A stretch of 64,000 nucleotides of DNA, from contig OY969706.1 of the NCBI GenBank assembly GCA_963702095.1, positions 2,400,001 to 2,464,000 on the forward strand. The letters are read 5' to 3'. A model generated the notes under the pieces. It was not told where the DNA came from. It searched no databases and saw only the letters and a list, made by a program, of their open reading frames with translations. The DNA is from Candidatus Bathyarchaeota archaeon (GTDB lineage: Archaea > Thermoproteota > Bathyarchaeia > Bathyarchaeales > Bathycorpusculaceae). This document shows, in pieces, positions 40,104 through 49,654 of the stretch. The number at the start of each line of letters is the position of its first letter. Within the stretch, counting starts at the first letter, position 1. Position numbers and translations under genes: made by a program.

Positions 40104-41300
40104 ATGCTCGGCATAACCAAGACACAGAAAGCTTACTTCCTAATCATATGTGCAATGGGGTTCTTTGCGATTCTAAGCACCACAATGTCGAAGAATCCTG
40201 TGCTTAAACCCTTTGCCACTAGCCTAGGAACTCCCGACGAGTTGCTGGGCATCGTAGCTTCAGCCTCAACTATTCCGGGAATACTCGTTAGTTTACCTGC
40301 AGCTTCGCTCTCAGACATCTTTGGAAGACGAAAAATGCTGCTGGTCGCTGCCTTGGTCTTTGCCTCCGCCCCCTTCCTCTACTTAGGCGTCGACTCCTGG
40401 TGGACACTGGCGCTTGTGCGCTTCTACCATGGCTTCGCCACAGCCATCTTTGTCCCAGTCGCCGAAGCCTCCATCGCAGAGATGTTTCCGACAAAACGGG
40501 GCGAACGTATCTCAATCTTCAACTCTGCTATGGCATCAGGAAGGGCATTGGCGCCTTTTTTAGGGGGCTACATACTTTTTGCTACAGCCCAAAGCTTCTT
40601 CACCCTCTATGTCGCAGTGGGTATCGCAGGCGTAACAGCCTTCGTCGTTGCACTGCTGTTTTTAGCTGAAAAAAGAAATCAACCTCAAACGAAGCAAACA
40701 AGAGCGCCTGCCAGAAAAATGTTCAGCGGTTGGCTTACACTAATCAGAAACGTAAGCGTTGTAGGCGTCAGTTTTGTGCAGGCAATTCAATACTTCGTTT
40801 TTGGTTCTGTGGAGTTCTTTTTGGTGGGTTACTTAACTGATGTGGTGGGGCTAAATCTCTTATCAGTCGGCATCATAACAGGAAGCGAGATTGTGGCGCT
40901 TGTGGTCGCCCGTCCCTTCATCGGACGCATCTCAGACAAGATAGGGCGCACGAAACCGATCATTGCAGGCACAGCAGCAAGCGGCATACTGATAGGTGCT
41001 ATTCCGTTTACAACCGACTTTACGGTGCTATTGCTTTTAGCCATCGGATATGGCGTTTCCTTTGCAACGGTGCTGTCCTCGACCGCTCCGTTGATCAGCG
41101 AGCTTGCACCCGCCACCTTAGTGGGCGCCTCCTTGGGCTTTCTCGCAACAACCATGGATATAGGGCAAACATTAGGACCCATTGTTAGCGGCATTATTTT
41201 TGCCACCAGCCTGCGGTACCTCGGTTTATTCCTCTCGCTTGTGCTGTTCTTAGTCGTTTCAATCGCAGTGTTTGCATGGTCCCAGAAGAAACCAAAATAG
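40104..41300 (+). CDS. MFS transporter
   Basis: SDIFGRR, SDKIGR, about 12 TM. Confidence 0.92.
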   Translation: MLGITKTQKAYFLIICAMGFFAILSTTMSKNPVLKPFATSLGTPDELLGIVASASTIPGILVSLPAASLSDIFGRRKMLLVAALVFASAPFLYLGVDSWWTLALVRFYHGFATAIFVPVAEASIAEMFPTKRGERISIFNSAMASGRALAPFLGGYILFATAQSFFTLYVAVGIAGVTAFVVALLFLAEKRNQPQTKQTRAPARKMFSGWLTLIRNVSVVGVSFVQAIQYFVFGSVEFFLVGYLTDVVGLNLLSVGIITGSEIVALVVARPFIGRISDKIGRTKPIIAGTAASGILIGAIPFTTDFTVLLLLAIGYGVSFATVLSSTAPLISELAPATLVGASLGFLATTMDIGQTLGPIVSGIIFATSLRYLGLFLSLVLFLVVSIAVFAWSQKKPK

Positions 41301-41304
41301 CTAC

Positions 41305-42639
41305 TCAACGCTTCCGAAGAAAATCCGCAGCAGGCGGCAAAACTAAACATGCCACCACCAAAACCCCCGCGGCATAATGCATGGGTAACAAGACCCCGGC
41401 GGTTAAGGCGTCCGAGTTAACCATAAACCCGTAATAGGTGACTGAGTCCACGCCGAACGCCACAAACCCTGTCCAAGCATTGAGGAACAGGAGGCTTTCA
41501 AGCAACACCGCAAACAACAAAACCACCCCTACAGCAACCAGCACAGGCTTGACGAGTTCGAGTTTTCCCTTCCCAATTGACCCAAGCAAGACGGCGCCTT
41601 TGTCTGCTATTGAAGCGGCGAGTAAACAGAAAAACGGCAAAGCAGCATAATTGTACTTAAAAGCGCTGACATAGGGCACGGTTAAGTGGAACCCGAACAC
41701 CAAAAACATATCCAACCCCATAATCACCGCCACAGTCAAGAGGCATAGGGCGTCTAAACGCAGAAGTGCACCTAGCTCTTTCCTGTACAATGCCGCCAGT
41801 GCTAGCGAGAAGAAGCCAGCGAGGAATAAGAACAAACCTGCACTCTTCAAGAATGTGAGGGGCAGAAACAGGGGCGAGGGGTCAGCGACTAAGGCGGGGT
41901 GGGTGAAGTCGCTGCTTAGGTAGACGGCGAAGAAGTTCTGGTTTGCGAAGCCTCCGAACCAAACTGCCTGCATGACTACAGAGGGTAAGAGGAAAAACAG
42001 GATTTTTCTGCCGGAAAAATCGAAAGCGCCCTCTTTTTTGCCCCAAAACGCCAAAAGCAACAGCGGAACAAGGGCGAAAACTGCGAAAAGCTTTGTCAAG
42101 AAAGCCAACGCAAAAACCACCCCCGAAGCCAAAACCAGCCGTTCCGAGTTGCGTTTAACCGCCAAAACCCCCAGAGTCAGAAACATCAGGCTCAAAAAGA
42201 GGGATTGGTTGTCGATGAGGAAGATACGTGACATGTAAATGTGCCATGGAATCAACCCGAAGAGCGCCGCCGCCACCAACCCCGTCCGCTTGCCATAGAG
42301 TATCGTGCCCAACGCGTAGACGAGGACGACACAGCCCAATCCAAACGCCGCAGTCACTGCAACCCCGTTTAGGTAGGAGGCGCCAAAGACGCCCAGGATT
42401 GGGGCGGCAGTGTAGAATCCCAGCGGCGGCTGATTAATCATAAGATCGTTGGCAACGTAGGGATATCCTGTGGTGAGGATGCTGGTTGCTGCTTGGTATT
42501 CAAGTTGACTGTCCCAGTTGGTGTAGGTGCCCATTGACGCCGTGATGAGGAGGCTGCCGACTAAGACTCCGATTAGGGGGAGATGCGCAGTCAAGAACGC
42601 AAGTTTGTTTTGCAACTGTGGAGTTCCCAGCCTATGCAT
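41305..42639 (-). CDS. GT-C (ArnT/PMT-like) membrane glycosyltransferase
   Basis: NWDSQ, NQPPLGFY, LAFLTK; polytopic. Confidence 0.8.
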   Translation of the reverse strand: MHRLGTPQLQNKLAFLTAHLPLIGVLVGSLLITASMGTYTNWDSQLEYQAATSILTTGYPYVANDLMINQPPLGFYTAAPILGVFGASYLNGVAVTAAFGLGCVVLVYALGTILYGKRTGLVAAALFGLIPWHIYMSRIFLIDNQSLFLSLMFLTLGVLAVKRNSERLVLASGVVFALAFLTKLFAVFALVPLLLLAFWGKKEGAFDFSGRKILFFLLPSVVMQAVWFGGFANQNFFAVYLSSDFTHPALVADPSPLFLPLTFLKSAGLFLFLAGFFSLALAALYRKELGALLRLDALCLLTVAVIMGLDMFLVFGFHLTVPYVSAFKYNYAALPFFCLLAASIADKGAVLLGSIGKGKLELVKPVLVAVGVVLLFAVLLESLLFLNAWTGFVAFGVDSVTYYGFMVNSDALTAGVLLPMHYAAGVLVVACLVLPPAADFLRKR

Positions 42640-42735
42640 CTGTCGCTGGGCATTTTAAAATTATCCCAAACCCGCCGCCTGTCCAGAGCAACGATTATAT
42701 TCCAAATCAGCCCAAAAGTAGCATGGAGAGCAGCG

Positions 42736-43089
42736 GTGACCCAAAAACCAACCAAACCTTCCCTTGTAATCTACGGCATAGTCGCCTGGATAATCCTAAA
42801 CATCCTGTTAATGGCAGCTATACTGCTGGGCGGCGACTGGCAAGACCCTAACAACTACATCGAAGTAACCCTTTGGATAATCTCGATTCCAGCACTGGTT
42901 TCACTTAGAAAATGGGGCGTCGCCTTTGCGATTTTCACTTTCGCTTACACATTGAGCACAAGCATGGGCATACTGATTTACTACCTCGCGGTTGACTTTG
43001 CGGTTTGGCCAAACATCATCCGAGTAGTCATAAATATTCCAGTCATCCTCTACCTTTTCAAAATGCTCTTCGAAGGCAAAACCAAATAA
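42736..43089 (+). CDS. Four-TM membrane protein
   Basis: Hydrophobic ORF, GGAGA SD before GTG 42736. Confidence 0.7.
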   Translation: MTQKPTKPSLVIYGIVAWIILNILLMAAILLGGDWQDPNNYIEVTLWIISIPALVSLRKWGVAFAIFTFAYTLSTSMGILIYYLAVDFAVWPNIIRVVINIPVILYLFKMLFEGKTK

Positions 43090-43356
43090 ACCAACCTGCC
43101 GCCTGATTCCAATCGAGGCGATTTCCAACATTCAATGGGTCGCTTTCCCACCAATAGAACCTACCTCTATAGGTTTCTGCATAGATATCCTAATATGATC
43201 CAAATATGATGGCGGCGACATCTCCCTTCTATAGATGCAGTGCATAGGTTGGATATTAGGCTCCAAATAGAGTCCCAAGCCACTGACCATCCCTGTTGGG
43301 CTGCTAGAAACAAAATTCTAATATTAATCGACGTTATCTCTTAATCAAAAACACGT

Positions 43357-43434
43357 GGGCCGGTCGTCTAGCCTGGTTAGGACGTTGGCTTTACGAGCCA
43401 AAGGTCGCCGGTTCAAGTCCGGCTCGGCCCACCA
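43357..43434 (+). tRNA. tRNA-Val(UAC), encoded CCA
   Basis: GGGCCGG/TCGGCCC acceptor stem, TTGGC-TTTACGA-GCCAA anticodon arm, GTTCAAG T-loop. Confidence 0.97.
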
Positions 43435-43531
43435 CATTAGTATTGTGCGACAGTTGTTTTTCCATACTTAAATGAAGGTCAGCTAGAAAAAACTTTAAGG
43501 TAAAAGATGCCTATTCTGGGTGTGAATCAGG

Positions 43532-43768
43532 ATGGCGAACGAGGTAGTAGTGAAGAAGAATGGGGAAACTGTTATCCCAGCAGGCCTCCGTAAGAAATTC
43601 AAAATAGAAGAAGACACTAAAATGGATGTTGTCGAGACGTCCGAGGGCATACTGTTTAAGCCTAAATCTAAACGGTCAACCTGGGATTTAATGGGGGCAT
43701 ACGCGCATGTTGCTACGCCTGAAGAAGTCAAAAAAGAGATAGATAAACTCAGGGAACAAGATGAATAG
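43532..43768 (+). CDS. AbrB/MazE-type antitoxin
   Basis: KNGETVIPAGLRKKFKI. Confidence 0.88.
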   Translation: MANEVVVKKNGETVIPAGLRKKFKIEEDTKMDVVETSEGILFKPKSKRSTWDLMGAYAHVATPEEVKKEIDKLREQDE

Positions 43769-44143
43769 AGCAGTTTATGATAAAGGTTCCTTGCCGAGCT
43801 GTACTATTCTAAGGACGAAAATACCAAAAAGAAAGTAGCCCAAAAAAAGAATTGCCCTGAAAAGTTCCTCTCAACTGTCACAGTCCATGAAATATACAAG
43901 TTGGCTCTTTCTTTGGAAAGCAGGGAAACTGCAGAGTTAAAGGTGACTTTGCTTAAGAACGATTTTGAAATCGTTGTGGTGGATGAGGAAATCGCCAAGA
44001 TTTCTGCGAAGCTACGGCAGAAACATAGGTTGTCGATGGGTGACAGCATGATTGCGGCCACAGCGATTAAACTTGATGCGCCATGCATAACCGATGACCC
44101 CCATTTTGGGCTAATCAGAGAAATCAAAACAGTCTGGCTTTAA
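43761..44143 (+). pseudogene. VapC PIN toxin, frameshift near 43782
   Basis: MNRAVYD, shift, RFLAELYY..TVHEIY..GDSMIAATA..TDDPHF. Confidence 0.8.
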
Positions 44144-44274
44144 GAACGGCATAGGCTTTACGAGCCAAAGGTCGCTGGTTTAAAGATTACCTTGGTCCAC
44201 CTTAACTTGCTGCCTACCGCTTAGCCGATTAGCTTAAAAACCCAAAACACCATTATCCTCCAGAGGAGAAGATT

Positions 44275-44634
44275 TTGGACCTAATTGGATTACTGATACA
44301 AACAGTCGTTGCCATAATCGTCATCGCCCCCGTACTTTGGCTGGTAGGCAGAGCATTAGCGGGAAAACATAACGCCAAATTCACCGACGCCATCTGGATA
44401 GTTGTGCTGGGCATAGTTATCGGTTCAATCATAGGCTGGCTCATCGGCGGCATAGTCGCTTCGATAATTATGTTCTTTGTCTGGCTGGGACTCATCAAGC
44501 ACTTCTTTGACTGCGGCTGGATCAAAGCCTTCATAATCGCCGTCATCGCCGTGATCGTCTTTGTGATCATTGTCTTCATTTTGGCGTTGATCGGTATAGG
44601 CATCGGCATCGGGTTAGGCGCGCTGGGCTTCTAA
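44275..44634 (+). CDS. Four-TM membrane protein
   Basis: Hydrophobic 119 aa, GAGGAG SD. Confidence 0.8.
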   Translation: MDLIGLLIQTVVAIIVIAPVLWLVGRALAGKHNAKFTDAIWIVVLGIVIGSIIGWLIGGIVASIIMFFVWLGLIKHFFDCGWIKAFIIAVIAVIVFVIIVFILALIGIGIGIGLGALGF

Positions 44635-44722
44635 GCACAGCGTACTCACCATTTTTTTCCAATCGCAAAGGTTCCGCAGGTTATTTATTCATAGACCCTC
44701 ATAGTATTGTGGAGGGAAATGT

Positions 44723-45007
44723 GTGCCGACAGCCTTTGTTTTAGTGAATACTGATATTGGTTCCGAATTAGACGTTTTAAGAGAAATCAAGAAACTTGAC
44801 GGCGTAGAGGAGGCATTAGCAGTTTATGGCGTCTACGACATCGTTGTGCGCGTGGTTTCGGGTTCGATGGAGGCGCTTAAGCAAACCATTACTTGGGACA
44901 TTAGAAAACTCCCTAACGTCAGGGCAACGTTAACGATGATAGTGAACGAGAATAAGGCGCCAGCTGACAAACCTGCAGCGATGCCTGATCTTGTCTTAAC
45001 AGCCTAG
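44723..45007 (+). CDS. Stand-alone Lrp/AsnC ligand-binding (RAM) domain
   Basis: AFVLVN..VYGVYDIVVRV, no HTH. Confidence 0.88.
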   Translation: MPTAFVLVNTDIGSELDVLREIKKLDGVEEALAVYGVYDIVVRVVSGSMEALKQTITWDIRKLPNVRATLTMIVNENKAPADKPAAMPDLVLTA

Positions 45008-45170
45008 TTTCACCTTAAGTTAAACGACTAGATAGCTCCGAATATTCTAAAATTAGCTCTGTTAATGCAATTTCGCAAGTTAACGGTGTTTTACAAACGG
45101 TTCTTTGCAAATCAGGCAAATTAAGCTTCCCAAAAATGGTTATCTATCATGCAATCCCTGACTTCCAACC

Positions 45171-45998
45171 ATGGCTGAAGCATCAAGAAATCTGGCAACC
45201 GCCATAATCATAACGGTACTCATCTACACATCATGCTTTGCTCTCACCGCTGAATCTTCAACACAGGCTGCAGGGAACATCCAAAACGACTTCTTAGCCC
45301 TCGTAAACGCTCAACGCACCAGCCTAGGCAAAAACCCCCTGGCTGCCAACGTGCAGCTTGAAAACGCCGCTTACCTGCACTCCAAAGACATGGGCGACAA
45401 CAACTATTTTTCCCACACTTCACAGGATGGAACGCAGTTTAGCCAGAGAATCACCGCTCAAGGCTACACGTACATGGCAGCCGCAGAAAACATCGCCAAA
45501 GCCTACGACGCACTGGATGCAGCCAAAGTCTATGACATGTGGAAGAACTCGGCTGGCCACTACTCTAACATGATTGGCGACTATGTTGATGCTGGCTTAG
45601 GCGTCTACAGCATAGACGGATACACTTATTACACGTTGGATTTGGGAAAAAGCAGAAATCCTACTTCAACCTTGACGCCTAAACCAACTGTCCTACCGAC
45701 TCCTTCTCCAAATCCCACTGCTAAGCCAGCTACCACACTGTCACCGACCCCTAATCCAACCATCACACCAACTCCCACAACCACAGCCTCAACCTCACCA
45801 ACATCTCCCGCAACACCAACAGCCACTCCACCCGATTCCCCAATACCAAGCTCAACAGCCCTACCCGATTGCACGGAACAGCCCACCTCAGCACCCACCA
45901 TTCCAGAGCTAACTGTTCATTTTCTGTTACCGTTGATGCTGCTGGTTGTCTCTTTGGCGGTTACAACATTACTAAAAGAGCATAAGACCCCCAGTTAA
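45171..45998 (+). CDS. CAP/SCP-domain surface protein with P/T linker and PEF-like C-terminal anchor
   Basis: LVNAQR, HSKDM..FSH, AENIA, WKNSAGHYSNM; TIPEL + TM. Confidence 0.88.
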   Translation: MAEASRNLATAIIITVLIYTSCFALTAESSTQAAGNIQNDFLALVNAQRTSLGKNPLAANVQLENAAYLHSKDMGDNNYFSHTSQDGTQFSQRITAQGYTYMAAAENIAKAYDALDAAKVYDMWKNSAGHYSNMIGDYVDAGLGVYSIDGYTYYTLDLGKSRNPTSTLTPKPTVLPTPSPNPTAKPATTLSPTPNPTITPTPTTTASTSPTSPATPTATPPDSPIPSSTALPDCTEQPTSAPTIPELTVHFLLPLMLLVVSLAVTTLLKEHKTPS

Positions 45999-46208
45999 CA
46001 CCGATAAGTATACCGTATTTTTTGGCAGTGCTGAATTGTGAAAAAGGAACTTCTTTGTGGCTGTTGTCCCTGAATTGCCAGCAGAGTGGCTTATTGCTAT
46101 TCTAACGCTTTTTCCGTTATGGTTCCAGTTGTTGGACAACCCGTTCGCATGCTTGGTGCTAAATACCCGCCCTACTCTACCCTAGAGCAAGGAAAAAGAG
46201 GCAAGAAA

Positions 46209-46586
46209 ATGCAAAAAACCAATCTACTCCTGCTTTCGATAATGACGGCGCTTCTGTTATGTAGCGCTTTCTGTACGTTGGCAGCAGCCCAAGAAACCGG
46301 CGACACCTCCAGCGCCACAGCGCCACCAGACGCCGCAACCATCCCTGAACCAACCCACGCCGCCTCCGACAGCGACAACTCAACAACCACCACCCCCGAC
46401 GATCAAACCTACCATATCCTCGACGAAGACCAAGGTGCACCGCTCATTGCTCCAGCACCCGGTTCAGAAGCCGAAAACGGCGCCTTAGCCGCTGACTCTC
46501 CAAACTATGGCACTGTAGCTTTAGTTGTTGGAGGCGTGTTAGCGGTTACAGTGGGCTGCGTGTTAGGTCTAGTGTTTTTATCGTAA
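46209..46586 (+). CDS. Acidic low-complexity secreted/anchored protein
   Basis: Signal peptide, T/D/P-rich middle, C-terminal TM. Confidence 0.7.
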   Translation: MQKTNLLLLSIMTALLLCSAFCTLAAAQETGDTSSATAPPDAATIPEPTHAASDSDNSTTTTPDDQTYHILDEDQGAPLIAPAPGSEAENGALAADSPNYGTVALVVGGVLAVTVGCVLGLVFLS

Positions 46587-46728
46587 GCAAACAAATAAAA
46601 CCCAGGTTTAACTGCCATTTTATCCCCTCTCTTTTTTTGTTGGTGGCAGAGGACAGTCACATATTCTTAATACCGTTTACAGGGGCATGAATACTAATTA
46701 AGAAAAAGTTGAGTTGGAGGTGACCTGA

Positions 46729-46893
46729 TTGGCAAACGACGAGAACGACCTAAAACGAACCGCTCCACGCGTAACCGTACCTGAACCTGAAATGACTGCG
46801 GGCAAAAAATACAAGTGCCCCATAGACCAGCAAGTCTACGACAACAAAGAAGACTATGCGGCGCACTGTAAAGAAGAGCATGATGTGCTCTAG
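46729..46893 (+). CDS. Small C2H2-like Zn-finger protein (54 aa)
   Basis: GGAGGTGA SD, TTG start, YKCPIDQQVYDNKEDYAAHCKEEH. Confidence 0.75.
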   Translation: MANDENDLKRTAPRVTVPEPEMTAGKKYKCPIDQQVYDNKEDYAAHCKEEHDVL

Positions 46894-46965
46894 AAGCCGT
46901 AACCTAGCTTTCCTCGGCCTTCTGAACTGTTGGAGTGGTTAGCTTGCGGTTTTCTGCAGCTTTTT

Positions 46966-47127
46966 TTATCGGATGGCTTCGTCTATTCTGGAGTCACGTC
47001 TGGTTCTGGTGACTTCTTTGAATAGTTCTAAGCATTCTTCTTTGGTTGGTGCTTCGATGCCTATGCTGCCATAAGCGCCGATGTCTATACGGTATTTTCT
47101 TCTATCGCTTCTCTCTTCTTGACTCGT
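46966..47127 (-). CDS. Small hypothetical protein (53 aa), ACG start proposed
   Basis: SQEERSDRRKYRIDIGAYGSIGIEAPTKEECLELFKEV..; GGGAGAGGGG before ACG; no in-frame ATG/GTG/TTG. Confidence 0.45.
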   Translation of the reverse strand, partial: TSQEERSDRRKYRIDIGAYGSIGIEAPTKEECLELFKEVTRTRRDSRIDEAIR

Positions 47128-47207
47128 ATACCCCTCTCCCTTTCACTTAACATATTCTATTATACTAAAACGGATAACTAATTATACACAACTAATAAGC
47201 TTAATCC

Positions 47208-47957
47208 TTATTCGCCCAGAAAATCCCCGCTTCGCTTAGCATTAAACACCACAAACACCGCATAACGCATGTATCGTCCCACCCTAGGAATCAAACCGGC
47301 AGCATCTGTGCCCAACTTACAAGTCAACGCATACTCAAACAAACCAAGCGGCTCCACGTCAATGACGTCACGGTCAAGCCGAGTCCGCTCCAACGTAGTA
47401 GCTATCAACTCTTTAGAAGTGCGAAGCATAATCAACCTGTCCAATAGGGACCGCTGCCAAGAACACAACTTATCGACCTGCTCAACGGAAAATTCTGACT
47501 GCAACCCCTCGGACGATTTCGAAACTACTCTCACGCTGACGGGCAACCCTTCAGCAAGAGCGTATGTTTCAGCGATTTTTTTAAGCGTAACTTCTTTGCC
47601 GCCTGCTAACTGCGATTGTAAACTCGCCAAAGGTACGGCTGCCTGCACTACTTTGGGTTCAGAAACCCCAACATCCACCATCAACTTGGAATCCTCGACC
47701 TTAGAAATGTAGCCCTTAAGCACCGTGCCCTCTTCGACGTCTGCGAGGCTGGCGGGGCATACGCCGATTTCTTTTCGGATATAGGCAGCTGCTACGGCTT
47801 CGTCTTCGCCGCCAACAGAAACCTGCACCCACTTGTTAATTGGGTTACCTAAAAGTTTCACTTCAACATCTAAATCACCGAATTGGCTTTGCAGCAACTC
47901 GTCAATCTGTTTGAGTTGACCGCCATGGTACGCTTTAACGAGTAATGTCAAGTTCAA
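47208..47957 (-). CDS. DUF2110 family protein
   Basis: GEDE..A, LGLFE..CKLGTDAAGLI; conserved tfe neighbourhood. Confidence 0.8.
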   Translation of the reverse strand: MNLTLLVKAYHGGQLKQIDELLQSQFGDLDVEVKLLGNPINKWVQVSVGGEDEAVAAAYIRKEIGVCPASLADVEEGTVLKGYISKVEDSKLMVDVGVSEPKVVQAAVPLASLQSQLAGGKEVTLKKIAETYALAEGLPVSVRVVSKSSEGLQSEFSVEQVDKLCSWQRSLLDRLIMLRTSKELIATTLERTRLDRDVIDVEPLGLFEYALTCKLGTDAAGLIPRVGRYMRYAVFVVFNAKRSGDFLGE

Positions 47958-48484
47958 ATTGGTTCGCCTAGCATCTGTGTAATGGTGTAGTGGAGGTTTC
48001 TAACTCTTTCTGCCGCCAAAGTGAAACCGCCGTTCTCCAGTTTCAAAATCTCTGCTTCTATGGGGACGACTTTGTCCTGTTCAATGCGTTTATCGGCGTA
48101 GCAGACAACTTTTTCCTCCAAAGTCTGAGGCACATAGACATCTTTAGGCCACCCCAGACACTCTGCGTCCTGCTCAGTTATGCCTCCGCCGACATGCCGC
48201 TTAATGATGTTGACAACAGATTCAGGCAAGCCAAGGTTCTGAGCTATTTGTGCACCGACCAAAGAATGCTCGACGCCATGGGTCTTTGAGCGACCTATAT
48301 CGTGGAGAATCGCGCCTACTTCAACGAGTTCTAAATCAATCTGGCAGCCCTTAGTTTGGAGCTCTGATGCTATTTGCAAGGCTAACTCTGTTACTGCTAA
48401 GCAGTGGCGTACAACTTTGGCTGAACAACCGCTGTCCGTTAGGAGTTTTACGGCTTGCTCCCTACTCGGAAGCCCCTTATTCAC
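47954..48484 (-). CDS. HDIG-domain hydrolase (TIGR00295-like)
   Basis: LHDIGRS, RHVGGG, YADK. Confidence 0.9.
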   Translation of the reverse strand: MNKGLPSREQAVKLLTDSGCSAKVVRHCLAVTELALQIASELQTKGCQIDLELVEVGAILHDIGRSKTHGVEHSLVGAQIAQNLGLPESVVNIIKRHVGGGITEQDAECLGWPKDVYVPQTLEEKVVCYADKRIEQDKVVPIEAEILKLENGGFTLAAERVRNLHYTITQMLGEPI

Positions 48485-48989
48485 CCAGTTCCTTCCTTAA
48501 AATCTCCACTTTTACAGAGAGACGCTCAATCATGCCGTCGTTTGAAAAGTGCACCAGCGGTTTACCGCAACCGGAACAGTGAAAAACCAATTCAACGGCT
48601 TCTTCGAAGGGCACCCGTTTGCACTCTGTGCTGCCGCAGTAATAGAAATCATGGTTCTTTTCGTATTCTAGGCGTACGTTGAGTTTCTCCAGTACACGCC
48701 TTTTCTGGCTTAAAATGAAGCCTTCAAGTTGGTCGGGTTGGAGTCTCCAGTGGAAAATAAACCAGCCTGTTTTTGGGTCGCGTGTTCTGCGGAGGCTGAC
48801 TAGTGAGTGGTCGTAGAGTTTATAGAGGATTTTGCGAACAGAGTTGAGGCGTATGCCTGTTTTATTCGCGATTTCGTCGTCGGTTATTTCTTCTACGCCC
48901 TTTAAGTGTGCGATAAGTACAACGGCGTCTTGTTCGCCTAAAGCCAAAGCCACTTTATTGAGGGTTGCATCATCAATGGTTGATAACAT
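48477..48989 (-). CDS. tfe: Transcription factor E alpha
   Basis: TDDEIA..VRKILYKLY, TGWFIFHW, Zn ribbon. Confidence 0.95.
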   Translation of the reverse strand: MLSTIDDATLNKVALALGEQDAVVLIAHLKGVEEITDDEIANKTGIRLNSVRKILYKLYDHSLVSLRRTRDPKTGWFIFHWRLQPDQLEGFILSQKRRVLEKLNVRLEYEKNHDFYYCGSTECKRVPFEEAVELVFHCSGCGKPLVHFSNDGMIERLSVKVEILRKELGE

Positions 48990-49075
48990 GCTTTAAAGTT
49001 CCCTTTACTCTAACTATTACCCTAATTTATGCGACTCCGTAGAATAAAACTCTTCTTACAGCATCTATCAAAACT

Positions 49076-49654
49076 CTATATTGTCTTGATTTCTTTGCCT
49101 CGTTCTTTGGGCACAATGCTGATTTTTGCTCCATCAAATGGTTTCCCCAGTTCTTTGCCTTCGAAGTAGCGGTCCAAGAAAATCGCCAAAGCCGAACACT
49201 CAGAATGCGGCTGATTCCCCACAGCAACGTTGAAGTCAGAGATTTCCTCAGAGTAAAATTCCCCAGGCACTTTTTGGCTGCCCACAAGCAACATGACATC
49301 TTTGCCAGTCGCCCTAATCCTTGCAACTACATTGCTGGTCTGGATGTTTTCGCCGTAAGCAGTTAAGTGTACGATGATGCCGCCCCGGGTTTTCCATTCG
49401 CGGACCGCATGCTTCCACGGTGTACCCATCTCAAAACGGAAGTTGCCACCCCATGCCCTGTTGATTTTCGCTACGGTTTCTTCGATATGGGGGTCGGTGG
49501 TATCGGCTAAGATGAAGCCTGACGCGCACAATGCACGGGCAGTCAACGCCACATGCGTCGTTAACCGCACATCCCGCTGCACACGGTGCCCCCATCGGAG
49601 AACAACGATTTGGGGTGCACTGTTAGGCTGGGGGGAGGGTTTGGTATTTTCCAT
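49076..49654 (-). CDS. trm56: tRNA (cytidine56-2'-O)-methyltransferase aTrm56
   Basis: GHRVQRDVRLTTH, HLTAYG, NQPHSE. Confidence 0.95.
   Translation of the reverse strand: MENTKPSPQPNSAPQIVVLRWGHRVQRDVRLTTHVALTARALCASGFILADTTDPHIEETVAKINRAWGGNFRFEMGTPWKHAVREWKTRGGIIVHLTAYGENIQTSNVVARIRATGKDVMLLVGSQKVPGEFYSEEISDFNVAVGNQPHSECSALAIFLDRYFEGKELGKPFDGAKISIVPKERGKEIKTI

Larger units (their letters stand above)
43387..44183. mobile_element. tRNA-Val-integrated mini-island bounded by att-like direct repeats
   Basis: GGCTTTACGAGCCAAAGGTCGC exact at 43387 and 44154 (28/30 extended); carries only a TA pair. Confidence 0.8.

Noticed and set aside
45660-45900. C/A-rich quasi-repeats
   Set aside because: Explained by the Pro/Thr linker of the CAP protein
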